A stretch of DNA of 10,281 nucleotides from Nitrospinota bacterium (lineage in GTDB: Bacteria; UBA8248), in the NCBI GenBank assembly GCA_046581755.1, contig JAYGFR010000234.1:1-10281 (forward strand), given 5' to 3'. Under the pieces are notes generated by a model. It was given only the letters and a program-made list of their open reading frames with translations. It made no database searches and was not told the DNA's origin. Below are positions 1 to 7,983 of this stretch, one piece after another (position 1 is the stretch's first letter; every line of letters begins with the position of its first letter). The position numbers were made by a program, and so were the translations under genes.

Positions 1-42
1 GCCGGCCAGGACAGGAAAGTGGAGGCTCCTCTTTCCGCCTGA
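1..42 (+). CDS. Possible 3' end of an upstream gene (…AGQDRKVEAPLSA*), partial
   Basis: Frame 1 is open from base 1 to TGA at 40-42, which overlaps the SD-like GAGGTGG (41-47) of the next ORF, an operon-like junction. Too short to identify. Confidence 0.3.
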   Translation, partial: AGQDRKVEAPLSA

Positions 43-53
43 GGTGGTCGGTG

Positions 54-161
54 ATGCGGACAATCGATGTTGCGGATATCACTGCCAAAATTCGAGAGAT
101 GGCCATCGAATCGAACTACAATGTCGATTCCGACTACGTAGCAAGTGAAAATATTGCCTAA
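54..161 (+). pseudogene. Truncated N-terminus of a class I Fe-S fumarate hydratase / tartrate dehydratase-type alpha subunit
   Basis: ATG at 54 after SD GAGGTGG translates to MRTIDVADITAKIREMAIESNYNVDSDYV-ASENIA*. The first ~29 aa resemble the typical alpha-subunit start (MRxIxVxxIxxxI/VxxM/LCIEANYxL). TAA at 159-161 ends it at 35 aa versus roughly 280 aa expected. Below the ORF-track cutoff. Confidence 0.7.
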
Positions 162-215
162 TATTGTGCCAGCGAAAAGCCAAGGCTGCTCCATCGTCCC
201 GCCGAGTAATAGCCG

Positions 216-451
216 TCATCGTATCGTTTGGACAAAAGCTTCCAGCCCTTGTAACACTGGCTCAGAATAAAGGCCTCGCCGCCAGTTATGAAGATTTTGC
301 TCAATCATACGGTCCAGGCCCCCGAGTGCGGTTTCGTATAGGTGATGGACGACAGCCCGCGCAAGCTGGTCCCGGCCCATCTTGGACGGGGGCGGAGTTC
401 CGTGATCGTCCATTCGGCCAGGGTGGCAATCTTCTGTATGATTTTGGTCAT
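216..451 (-). pseudogene. Possible frameshifted small hypothetical protein
   Basis: Strong SD AAGGAGG (466-460) precedes ATG at 451 (MTKIIQKIATLAEWTITELRP…). That frame stops at 305-307, but the neighbouring frame (…PSKMGRDQLARAVVHHLYETALGGLDRMIEQNLHNWRRGLYSEPVLQGLEAFVQTIR*, stop at 216) reads as helical protein. One extra C in the C5 run at 388-392 would join them. Confidence 0.4.
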
Positions 452-859
452 TTCCTATCCCTCCTTTCGTCCCCATGAACGCTTCCTTTTGGAGGAGGGT
501 TAAGGGGGTGAAATTGGGTGGAATTACGGGGAAATCGAAGGATTTTCAGGAGGTATGGGTTCTGACGCAACCGCTTAAAACTAGCCGCAGTTTCCAACTA
601 AAATTTAAAATTTCCAGAGGGTCCAATTTTGCGGAGGATATCTCGTCGGGGACTTTTTTCCCAAACGATCCCAATCGGCCGTGCGGCGGCGAATTCGAAC
701 CGGGGGGGGGAATCGGGGGGCTCCTTTCAGAGCTGAGCAAATTTGCGATTTCTCCCGTTGTTCGTTTCATCCTGGGATTTTGGGCTTACACCTCCCATTG
801 GGTAGCCCACTAGAGCGGGTTGTCTTTCCCCTCAAGTGGGGTGGTCCAATGGCTTGGGC

Positions 860-1082
860 CCTCCCGATGAGGCCGAGGATTCTTTCGAACACCGCCCTTG
901 GCACAGCCATCTCGGACATTTGGAACGTGATATAGCGTCCAAAGCGCACGATCTTAGCCCTCCCCTCTTGATGAGTTTCTCCCACCTTGTCGTCAGTCCT
1001 TTGTCCTAGCCTACAACCTGGCGAACTTCATAAAGGCGCCCCCCGATTGGCCTCACGCCTATGGCAGGGGGCATTTGGTCGA
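860..1082. mobile_element. Degenerate IS1380-family transposase remnant (C-terminal part, frameshifted and internally inverted)
   Basis: Minus strand 996-860 reads LTTRWEKLIK/(frameshift)/AKIVRFGRYITFQMSEMAVPRAVFERILGLIGR, matching the IS1380-family C-terminus (LTTLREKLIKIGAKVVRHGRYVTFQMAEVAVPRxLFxxIL). Plus strand 1000-1032 reads FVLAYNLANFI, the motif that normally precedes it. A degenerate right end may lie near 585 (CCGCAGTTTCC after CTAG), uncertain. Confidence 0.8.
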
Positions 1083-1244
1083 CCCACAGGGGCATTTTGA
1101 AGGGCGGTTGTGTTAAACTTTCATAACCCAATAGACCACTTGGGAAATTTCGGTTTAATTCATTCGTCAAATAATTTTCTGGTCTTTTATTCCAAAGGGA
1201 AGAATTCCCGTTAAGGTTTTTCGGGGAGTGCAAGAGAGGCCGCC

Positions 1245-1826
1245 TTGTTTGAGCCGGGGAATATCAAAGTTTACTTTGAAGTCTTAAGCGGCATAACAAA
1301 GGAACTGACCTCTAAGCTCGACGATGCCGAAGTCCTTCAGGACATTGCGCGTTTGACGGTCGAGGCCACGGGGGTGAAAGGGTGTGCTGTCCGGGTGCTG
1401 AATCCGAAAACGAAGGTTTTTGAATTGTCCGCCCTTTATGGACTCAGCCAGGAGTACCTCACAAAGGGACCCCTTGACGCCGATCACAGCATGTCGGCTT
1501 GTATGAACGGAGAAGTCGTCCAAATCGAAAATACGCAAAATGATCCGCGGGTCCAGTATCCCGAGGACGCGAAATCAGAGGGCATCGTTTCCATGTTATC
1601 TGTTCCGATGATATTGATAGACAAGGTCATCGGAGTGCTTCGCCTCTATACCTCGGAGACGCGGAGTTTTTCCGAGGATGAAGTCGCGTTTGTGCGGGCG
1701 ATTTCCGATTTGGGAGTTTTTGTACTCGACCACGCGCGAAAATATTCGAGTTTAAAGGGTGATCACGATTCGCTAATCGCGAATTTTCAAACCTGGTTTG
1801 ATGCGAGGATGCACGACCCTCAGTGA
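1245..1826 (+). CDS. Stand-alone GAF domain-containing protein (193 aa)
   Basis: TTG start with purine-rich AGAGAGG upstream. GAF hallmarks: GVKGCAVRVL…GLSQEYLTKGP…DPRVQYPEDAKSEGIVSMLSVPM…VIGVLRLYTSETRSFSEDEVAFVRAISD. No output domain. Confidence 0.85.
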   Translation: MFEPGNIKVYFEVLSGITKELTSKLDDAEVLQDIARLTVEATGVKGCAVRVLNPKTKVFELSALYGLSQEYLTKGPLDADHSMSACMNGEVVQIENTQNDPRVQYPEDAKSEGIVSMLSVPMILIDKVIGVLRLYTSETRSFSEDEVAFVRAISDLGVFVLDHARKYSSLKGDHDSLIANFQTWFDARMHDPQ

Positions 1827-1889
1827 TTATTTCGAACCTTTTTATTTTATTAAAAAGATATCATATATTCAGGTGAGGAAACGAGGATT

Positions 1890-2288
1890 TTAAGGGCGCC
1901 AAAAAGAAAATGCGACTTTAGACGCCGAATTTTTTGTATAGTGCGTTAATACTTTCTCCATCACTTTTTCGTCCTTGAATGGGAGCCGGTGGAATTGCTG
2001 AACGCTCTGGCGAAGAGAGCGGAGGAGGTAAGCCGTGCCGAAGAGGAGCTTGTATTCCAGGAATAAATTGGCGGCATGGACGTCTTTCTCCGCTCCCGGC
2101 ATTTCTTCCATCGTCAGGTACATGTCGGAGGAGATATATACGTTTGGGCATATGTAGGGCACGCCGATCATCACGTCAATTCACGGCCAGCCCGCATGGA
2201 ACCCAACCTAGGTAAGCTCCGGAAACGAGTTGGCAACCTGTTGGATGTCGACCGGATTGAACCCGAAATATTTATTCGCGCCTCCGGC
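1890..2288 (-). pseudogene. Amidohydrolase_2-family (TIM-barrel metallohydrolase) C-terminal remnant with in-frame stops
   Basis: Extending ORF 1890-2174 upstream in frame gives …NPVDIQQVANSFPELT*VGFHAGWP*IDVMIGVPYICPNVYISSDMYL…HAANLFLEYKLLFGTAYLLRSLRQSVQQFHRLPFKDEKVMEKVL. This matches the family pattern (DxVAxxFPxLxIVxxHGGWPW…PNVY…KLLFGTxYP…MEKVL). TAG at 2208-2210 and TGA at 2181-2183; the N-terminal half is absent. Confidence 0.75.
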
Positions 2289-2313
2289 TCATGCATAAAT
2301 CAAGGAGATTCCG

Positions 2314-3705
<1,392 letters not shown>

Positions 3706-3822
3706 CGGAACAGGTGTGCTCCGCGAAAAGTGAATCTCACTGGCCTTGTATCTAACCCATATGAGCTCTTCCTTTTCATGCTGATAGGAAAATGGGTGCC
3801 GACTCCTGCGCATAGCGAATTA

Positions 3823-3839
3823 GAACCTATCTCAAAATT
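3823..3839. repeat. IS terminal inverted repeat (IRR)
   Basis: GAACCTATCTCAAAATT, exact reverse complement of 4652-4668. Confidence 0.95.
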
Positions 3840-4608
3840 GTTTCAGCAGGATGAGGGCGCAAGCGAGTTGAACGAACCCGAGGAAGTTCTGGACATAGTA
3901 CTCCCAGCGAATCAGGATTCGGCGGTGCCACTGGATCCAAGAGAAGAAGCGCTCCACCAGCCACCGGCGCTGGTAGCGGCGCAGCCGCCTTCCGTCTTGG
4001 GTGCGCAGCTTGCGGCGGTTCCTGCGGTGCGGCGCGATCATCCGGATTCCCTGCTGGCGAAGCTCCTCGTCCAGATGGTCGCTGTCGTAGGCTTTGTCGC
4101 CGATCAGGTTCTCCGGCTTCGCTTCAACCATGTAGAAGTCGAACGTCAGCTGCACCAGGGTGACCTCATGGTGGTTGACCGTGTGGGTTGAGGCCGCCAG
4201 GGGCAGCCCGCCCCGGTCCACGATCCCCATGATTTTCACGCCTTTCCCGCGCTTGGTGGGGCCGACCCCCTCGCCGCCGCCCTTGGCCGGGGAGAACATC
4301 GCGTCCACAAAACACTCTGACTCGTCGAGCCCGCCCTGCTCGCGCAGTTCGTTGGCCAGCGCGCACAAGACCTCCCGCAGAACGTCCCGCTCGCACCATC
4401 GCTGAAAGCGGCGGTGCACCGTCTTGTAGTTGGGGTAACACTGGGGGAGCATGTGCCACTGGGCGCCCGTGTTGAGAATCCAGAGCACGGCCTCCAGGAC
4501 GCGCCGCGCGGGAACCGGCTTACGTCCCGGCCGCCCGTCGGGAATGTTCTCTTCGGGAAAATGCCGGCGAATCCTTTCCCACTGCGCATCCGTCAGGAAG
4601 ATGGCCAT
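3832..4608 (-). CDS. IS5-family DDE transposase (258 aa), intact
   Basis: N-terminal LTDAQWERI…GRPGR…LEAVLWILNTGAQWHMLP…YKTVHRRFQRW. Catalytic motifs FVDAMF, LIGDKAYDS and YQRRWLVERFF. The stop codon lies within the terminal inverted repeat. Confidence 0.95.
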   Translation of the reverse strand: MAIFLTDAQWERIRRHFPEENIPDGRPGRKPVPARRVLEAVLWILNTGAQWHMLPQCYPNYKTVHRRFQRWCERDVLREVLCALANELREQGGLDESECFVDAMFSPAKGGGEGVGPTKRGKGVKIMGIVDRGGLPLAASTHTVNHHEVTLVQLTFDFYMVEAKPENLIGDKAYDSDHLDEELRQQGIRMIAPHRRNRRKLRTQDGRRLRRYQRRWLVERFFSWIQWHRRILIRWEYYVQNFLGFVQLACALILLKQF

Positions 4609-4613
4609 GCCTT

Positions 4614-4642
4614 ATTGTACGCATGAACATTCCCTTACTCAA
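4614..4642 (-). promoter_or_regulatory. Sigma70-type transposase promoter
   Basis: Minus strand TTGAGT (4642-4637), 17 nt, TACAAT (4619-4614), then 5 nt, then the ATG at 4608. Confidence 0.6.
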
Positions 4643-4651
4643 CAAAAATCT

Positions 4652-4668
4652 AATTTTGAGATAGGTTC
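4652..4668. repeat. IS terminal inverted repeat (IRL)
   Basis: AATTTTGAGATAGGTTC, exact reverse complement of 3823-3839. Confidence 0.95.
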
Positions 4669-4769
4669 TAAGCCTTTATCTTATAATCCTCCATCCTTTG
4701 AATTAGGATATAGGCAATAACGAATTTTGAAATTTCGAAAAAGAGGCATACGGAGCGGCAGCCTTCCGC

Positions 4770-5708
4770 TTAAATGCCGGGCTCTTGAAAAATTTCGCGT
4801 TCCTTCATTCGTAGGATGAGCGTTTTGATTCTTTTATCCAGGGCATTTTTCGCCGAATCGCCGCCCCAGCGAAAAAACCCCTGCCCGCTCTTCATTCCCA
4901 GCTCTCCCTTTTCCACTTTTTCTTTCAGGAGAGGGGAGGGAGTATCCCTGTTGTCCAGGTCTCCCTGAAGATATCCATGAATATTGAGAAAGACATCCAG
5001 GCCGGAGGCGTCCATCCCGGCAAAAACCGGCAGAACGCCAAAGCCGTACACCACCTTATCGATGTCCTCGGGCGTCGCGATTCCCCTCTCCAGCATGTAA
5101 ATGGCCTCTCTTCGAATAGCGGTCGAGATTCTCACCCCGATATGGCCAAGGGTTTCCTTCACCAACACGACATCCTTTCCCACACTTTCCAGGAGGATTT
5201 TGGTGGCCCGAAAAGTTTCCTCGGATGTTTCCGCTCCCCGGACGACCTCCACCACTGGGCGGAGCGGGGTGGGCGTATAATGGTGTGCGACGATCAATTT
5301 ATCCTTTCGCCGGGCGTTTCTCCCGATTTCCGAAAGCCGGAGGCTAGAGGTATCCGAGGCGAGGATGGCGTGCGGCGGGCAAAGGGCGTCAAGCCTCTCG
5401 AAGATTTCCTGTTTCAGGGGAAGATTCTCGGATACGGATTCCATGACGAAATCCGCGCCCGAGGCGGCCTCTTCGAAATCGATCGTTGGATGAATACGCG
5501 AGAGGGTCTCCCGCACCTCTTGCTCCATGTACAAATCATTTTCCTCGAACAAATCGAGGTAGAACCGAATCCTCTCCATCGCCAAGGACGAACTCTTCCG
5601 CGCCCTGTTGTAAATGGATACCTGGTATCCCCCATGGGCAAACTGAATCGCCAGCCCTTGGCCCACGTACCCGCCGCCGATGACGGCGATTTGCCTGATA
5701 CCGGCCAT
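4770..5708 (-). CDS. 3-hydroxyacyl-CoA dehydrogenase family protein (312 aa), atypical active-site residues
   Basis: IAVIGGGYVG Rossmann motif, ADFVMESVSENLPLKQEIF, ILASDTSS, catalytic H…E (AHHYTPTPLRPVVEV), ATPEDID, GELGMKSGQGFF. SD GGAGG upstream. Confidence 0.9.
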   Translation of the reverse strand: MAGIRQIAVIGGGYVGQGLAIQFAHGGYQVSIYNRARKSSSLAMERIRFYLDLFEENDLYMEQEVRETLSRIHPTIDFEEAASGADFVMESVSENLPLKQEIFERLDALCPPHAILASDTSSLRLSEIGRNARRKDKLIVAHHYTPTPLRPVVEVVRGAETSEETFRATKILLESVGKDVVLVKETLGHIGVRISTAIRREAIYMLERGIATPEDIDKVVYGFGVLPVFAGMDASGLDVFLNIHGYLQGDLDNRDTPSPLLKEKVEKGELGMKSGQGFFRWGGDSAKNALDKRIKTLILRMKEREIFQEPGI

Positions 5709-5719
5709 CTTTCCTCCCG

Positions 5720-6754
5720 CTATAAAATCGCGACACCTCTTCCGAACACTTCATTCCGCTCGATCTTGTCGAGGACTTCGTTCACCTCCGATAGCGGGAA
5801 CGAAAACGAAACCACCGGTTCGATTTTCCCCGTTCTCACCAATTCGAGCGCCTTATGGAACTCTTCCTTGGTGTTGTAGCGGCAGCCCGTGAGGACAACC
5901 TCCTTCATGGTGAGGGCCTCGGGATCGATCTCCAGCCGGTCGCCGGGCCGGGAGCCGATCCGCACGAGGGTTCCCGCGGTGTCGAGACACCGGTAACACG
6001 CGGCGAGGGATTCGGATGAGCCGTACAGATCGATGGCCACCTGCACGCCCCCGCCGCCGGTAACCTCCATAACCGCCTCGTCGAAAGAGGAATCGAAAGG
6101 CCTCTCGGCCGTGTTGATAACCGCTTCGGCTCCGTATTTTTTCGTTTTTTCGTTTTTCTCGTCCGAAACATCCGCCCCGATGACCCTTGCCCCGAAGAGC
6201 TGGGCCATCTGCACCATATGAATTCCCACGCCGCCCGCCGCGCCGACGATGAGCAGGTGATCGCCGGGCGAGACCTTGGCACGCTCCCGAAGGGCATGGA
6301 GGGAGGTGGAAACGGGGCTCACGAGGGTCGTCGCCGCCTCGTCCGAGATATCCGGGGGAATGGGAAGCACGTTTCTTCCGGGGACCTTCACGTAATCGGC
6401 AAACCCGCCGTCTATCGCCAGCCCCACGATCCCTTTGTTGTTCCTGCACAGGGTCTCACGGCCATTCCAGCAAAACTCGCAGGCGCCGCAGTTCAAATAG
6501 TCGTAGACGGCGACCCGGTCCCCCGTGCGTATATTTTTGACCGAAGCCCCGGCCTCGGCGATCTCTCCCGCGATTTCGTGCCCGAGGATCCGGGGAAGCA
6601 CGACGTTCGACTGCCCGGCCCGCGTTTTGACATCGAGCATGTCCGGAGCGCAGGCCCGCACTTTCACCACCACTTCGTCCGGCCCGCCCCGGGGGGCCGG
6701 GACATCCTCCATCCGGAGAGGGCTGGAGAACTCGCGAAGCACCATGGCGCGCAC
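5720..6754 (-). CDS. Zinc-binding medium-chain (MDR) alcohol dehydrogenase family protein (344 aa)
   Basis: PRILGHEIAG, structural Zn motif CGACEFCWNGRETLC, GGFADY, VGAAGGVG…IGAD. GTG start 3 nt after the upstream stop, with SD GGAGGGG. Confidence 0.92.
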   Translation of the reverse strand: MRAMVLREFSSPLRMEDVPAPRGGPDEVVVKVRACAPDMLDVKTRAGQSNVVLPRILGHEIAGEIAEAGASVKNIRTGDRVAVYDYLNCGACEFCWNGRETLCRNNKGIVGLAIDGGFADYVKVPGRNVLPIPPDISDEAATTLVSPVSTSLHALRERAKVSPGDHLLIVGAAGGVGIHMVQMAQLFGARVIGADVSDEKNEKTKKYGAEAVINTAERPFDSSFDEAVMEVTGGGGVQVAIDLYGSSESLAACYRCLDTAGTLVRIGSRPGDRLEIDPEALTMKEVVLTGCRYNTKEEFHKALELVRTGKIEPVVSFSFPLSEVNEVLDKIERNEVFGRGVAIL

Positions 6755-6757
6755 GCG

Positions 6758-7942
6758 CTATCCCCTCCCTTGGATATTTTCGGTTTCGAGAAGTCTCCCG
6801 AGCTTGAGCCGGGCGGTGTCGTGCGTCTCTCCGTGGAAGAGGCACCCGATCGCATCCCGCCAGTATTTCTGGACCGGGTAATCGCGCATAAAACCGTACC
6901 CGCCGAATATCTGAATGGCGGCGTCGCAAACGCGGGGCGCCATCTCGGAGGCGAAAAGAACCGAAGTCATCCCGAGCCCGGATTCGAATTCCCCCGGGTT
7001 GTCTGAATGCCAGGCGGCCCTCCAGACCAGATCGCGGGCCACATCGACATTGACCTTCATCTCGGCAAGGCGGAGGGAGACGATATCGTGCTCGAAGATG
7101 GGCTTCCCTCCCTGGACCCGCTCCAGCGCGTGCTCGATGGCCTTCTCAAGCGCGGCCCGGGCGATGCCCACCCCGAACGCGCCCAGCGTGGGAGCGATTT
7201 TCCCGAAATACCGGCTCTTCGTGCCCGTGCCGTTCCCGGTGCCGTCCGGCAACACATCTTCACCGGGGATCCGGCATTTCTCGAAATCCAGTTCGGATTC
7301 GAGAAAAATCCTCGTCCCCATTTTGTCGTGGACCTCCCCCAGCCAGACGCCGGGAGCATTTTTCGGAACGATGAAGGTGAAGGTTTCCCCCGAACCGGGG
7401 GCCGCGCCCCTCGCCCTGGCATCGACGATAAAAAGCTTGGCCAGCGGCCCGCAGCCCACGAAGCGTTTTTTTCCGTCCAGCACCCAGCCGGAGCCCTCCC
7501 GCGCGGCGGTCAGGCGCAGATCGTCCGGCGGGGTAATCGGGCCCAATGTCCCGTCCCCCAACAGGCAGGTATCGTCTTCGGCGAACATGGGAATGTATTT
7601 CGATTTTTGCTCCTCCGTTCCGCACTCGAGGAGAAGCCCCGCGAGCTTCCACGACTGATGAACGGCGGCGGCGAAGCCGGCCTCCGCGGCCATGAGCTCT
7701 TCGAGCAAAACGCAGTGAGTCAGCACGCCCATGTCCGCTCCGCCCCATTTTTTAGGCAGCGGCAAATTCTTCAGGCCCAGGGACGAAAACTCCTTCAAGG
7801 CATCCCAGGGAAACGGCCCTTCCGGGTCCTCGGACGCCACCCGGTCCCTCTCATCCGCGATGGGCTGAAGCTGGCGTTCCCCGAATTTCTGGCACTCTTC
7901 TTTCAGGGCGGTTTGATCTTCGGTAAGAGCGAAATTCACCAT
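6758..7942 (-). CDS. Acyl-CoA dehydrogenase-fold protein B (394 aa), putative partner subunit
   Basis: LTEDQ start, GTEEQKSKY, WVLDGKKRFV, HDKMGTR, ERVQGGKPI, QIFGGYGFMRDYPVQKYWRDA. Lacks the TEPxxGSD flavin loop. Confidence 0.9.
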   Translation of the reverse strand: MVNFALTEDQTALKEECQKFGERQLQPIADERDRVASEDPEGPFPWDALKEFSSLGLKNLPLPKKWGGADMGVLTHCVLLEELMAAEAGFAAAVHQSWKLAGLLLECGTEEQKSKYIPMFAEDDTCLLGDGTLGPITPPDDLRLTAAREGSGWVLDGKKRFVGCGPLAKLFIVDARARGAAPGSGETFTFIVPKNAPGVWLGEVHDKMGTRIFLESELDFEKCRIPGEDVLPDGTGNGTGTKSRYFGKIAPTLGAFGVGIARAALEKAIEHALERVQGGKPIFEHDIVSLRLAEMKVNVDVARDLVWRAAWHSDNPGEFESGLGMTSVLFASEMAPRVCDAAIQIFGGYGFMRDYPVQKYWRDAIGCLFHGETHDTARLKLGRLLETENIQGRG

Positions 7943-7983
7943 GATAAAATTTCCCTTTTTCGCGAGGGATTCAAAATTCCGGT

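Larger units (their letters stand above)
3823..4668 (-). mobile_element. Complete IS5-family insertion sequence (846 bp, IS427-group-like ends and TA target duplication)
   Basis: Perfect 17-bp terminal inverted repeats GAACCTATCTCAAAATT (3823-3839) and AATTTTGAGATAGGTTC (4652-4668), flanked by TA (3821-3822, 4669-4670) in a TTAA target, enclosing a single transposase ORF. Confidence 0.95.

Noticed and set aside
676..720. tRNA-like GGTTCGAAT on the minus strand next to G9/G6 runs
   Set aside because: The T-stem does not pair fully, and there is no acceptor stem, anticodon arm or CCA. The G runs are not inside a supported gene or promoter, so there is no case for phase variation.
475..1233. 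Short ORFs 475-813, 546-770, 681-935 and 1006-1233 as genes
   Set aside because: No motifs or convincing SD. They overlap IS1380 remnant DNA and AT-rich intergenic sequence.
2181..2210. In-frame TGA and TAG as selenocysteine/pyrrolysine or alternative-code readthrough
   Set aside because: The TGA sits where Trp (TGG) is expected, not Cys. The gene also lacks its N-terminal half, and TGA/TAG act as normal stops for intact genes in this window. Decay is the simpler explanation.
4656..4687. Outward hybrid promoter from IS end TTGAGA plus flanking TATAAT
   Set aside because: The spacer is 20 nt, too long for sigma70, and there is no plus-strand gene downstream.
4745..4778. Possible terminator hairpin after the HAD-family gene
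   Set aside because: The stem is irregular, partly overlaps the stop codon region and has no clear adjacent U-tract.
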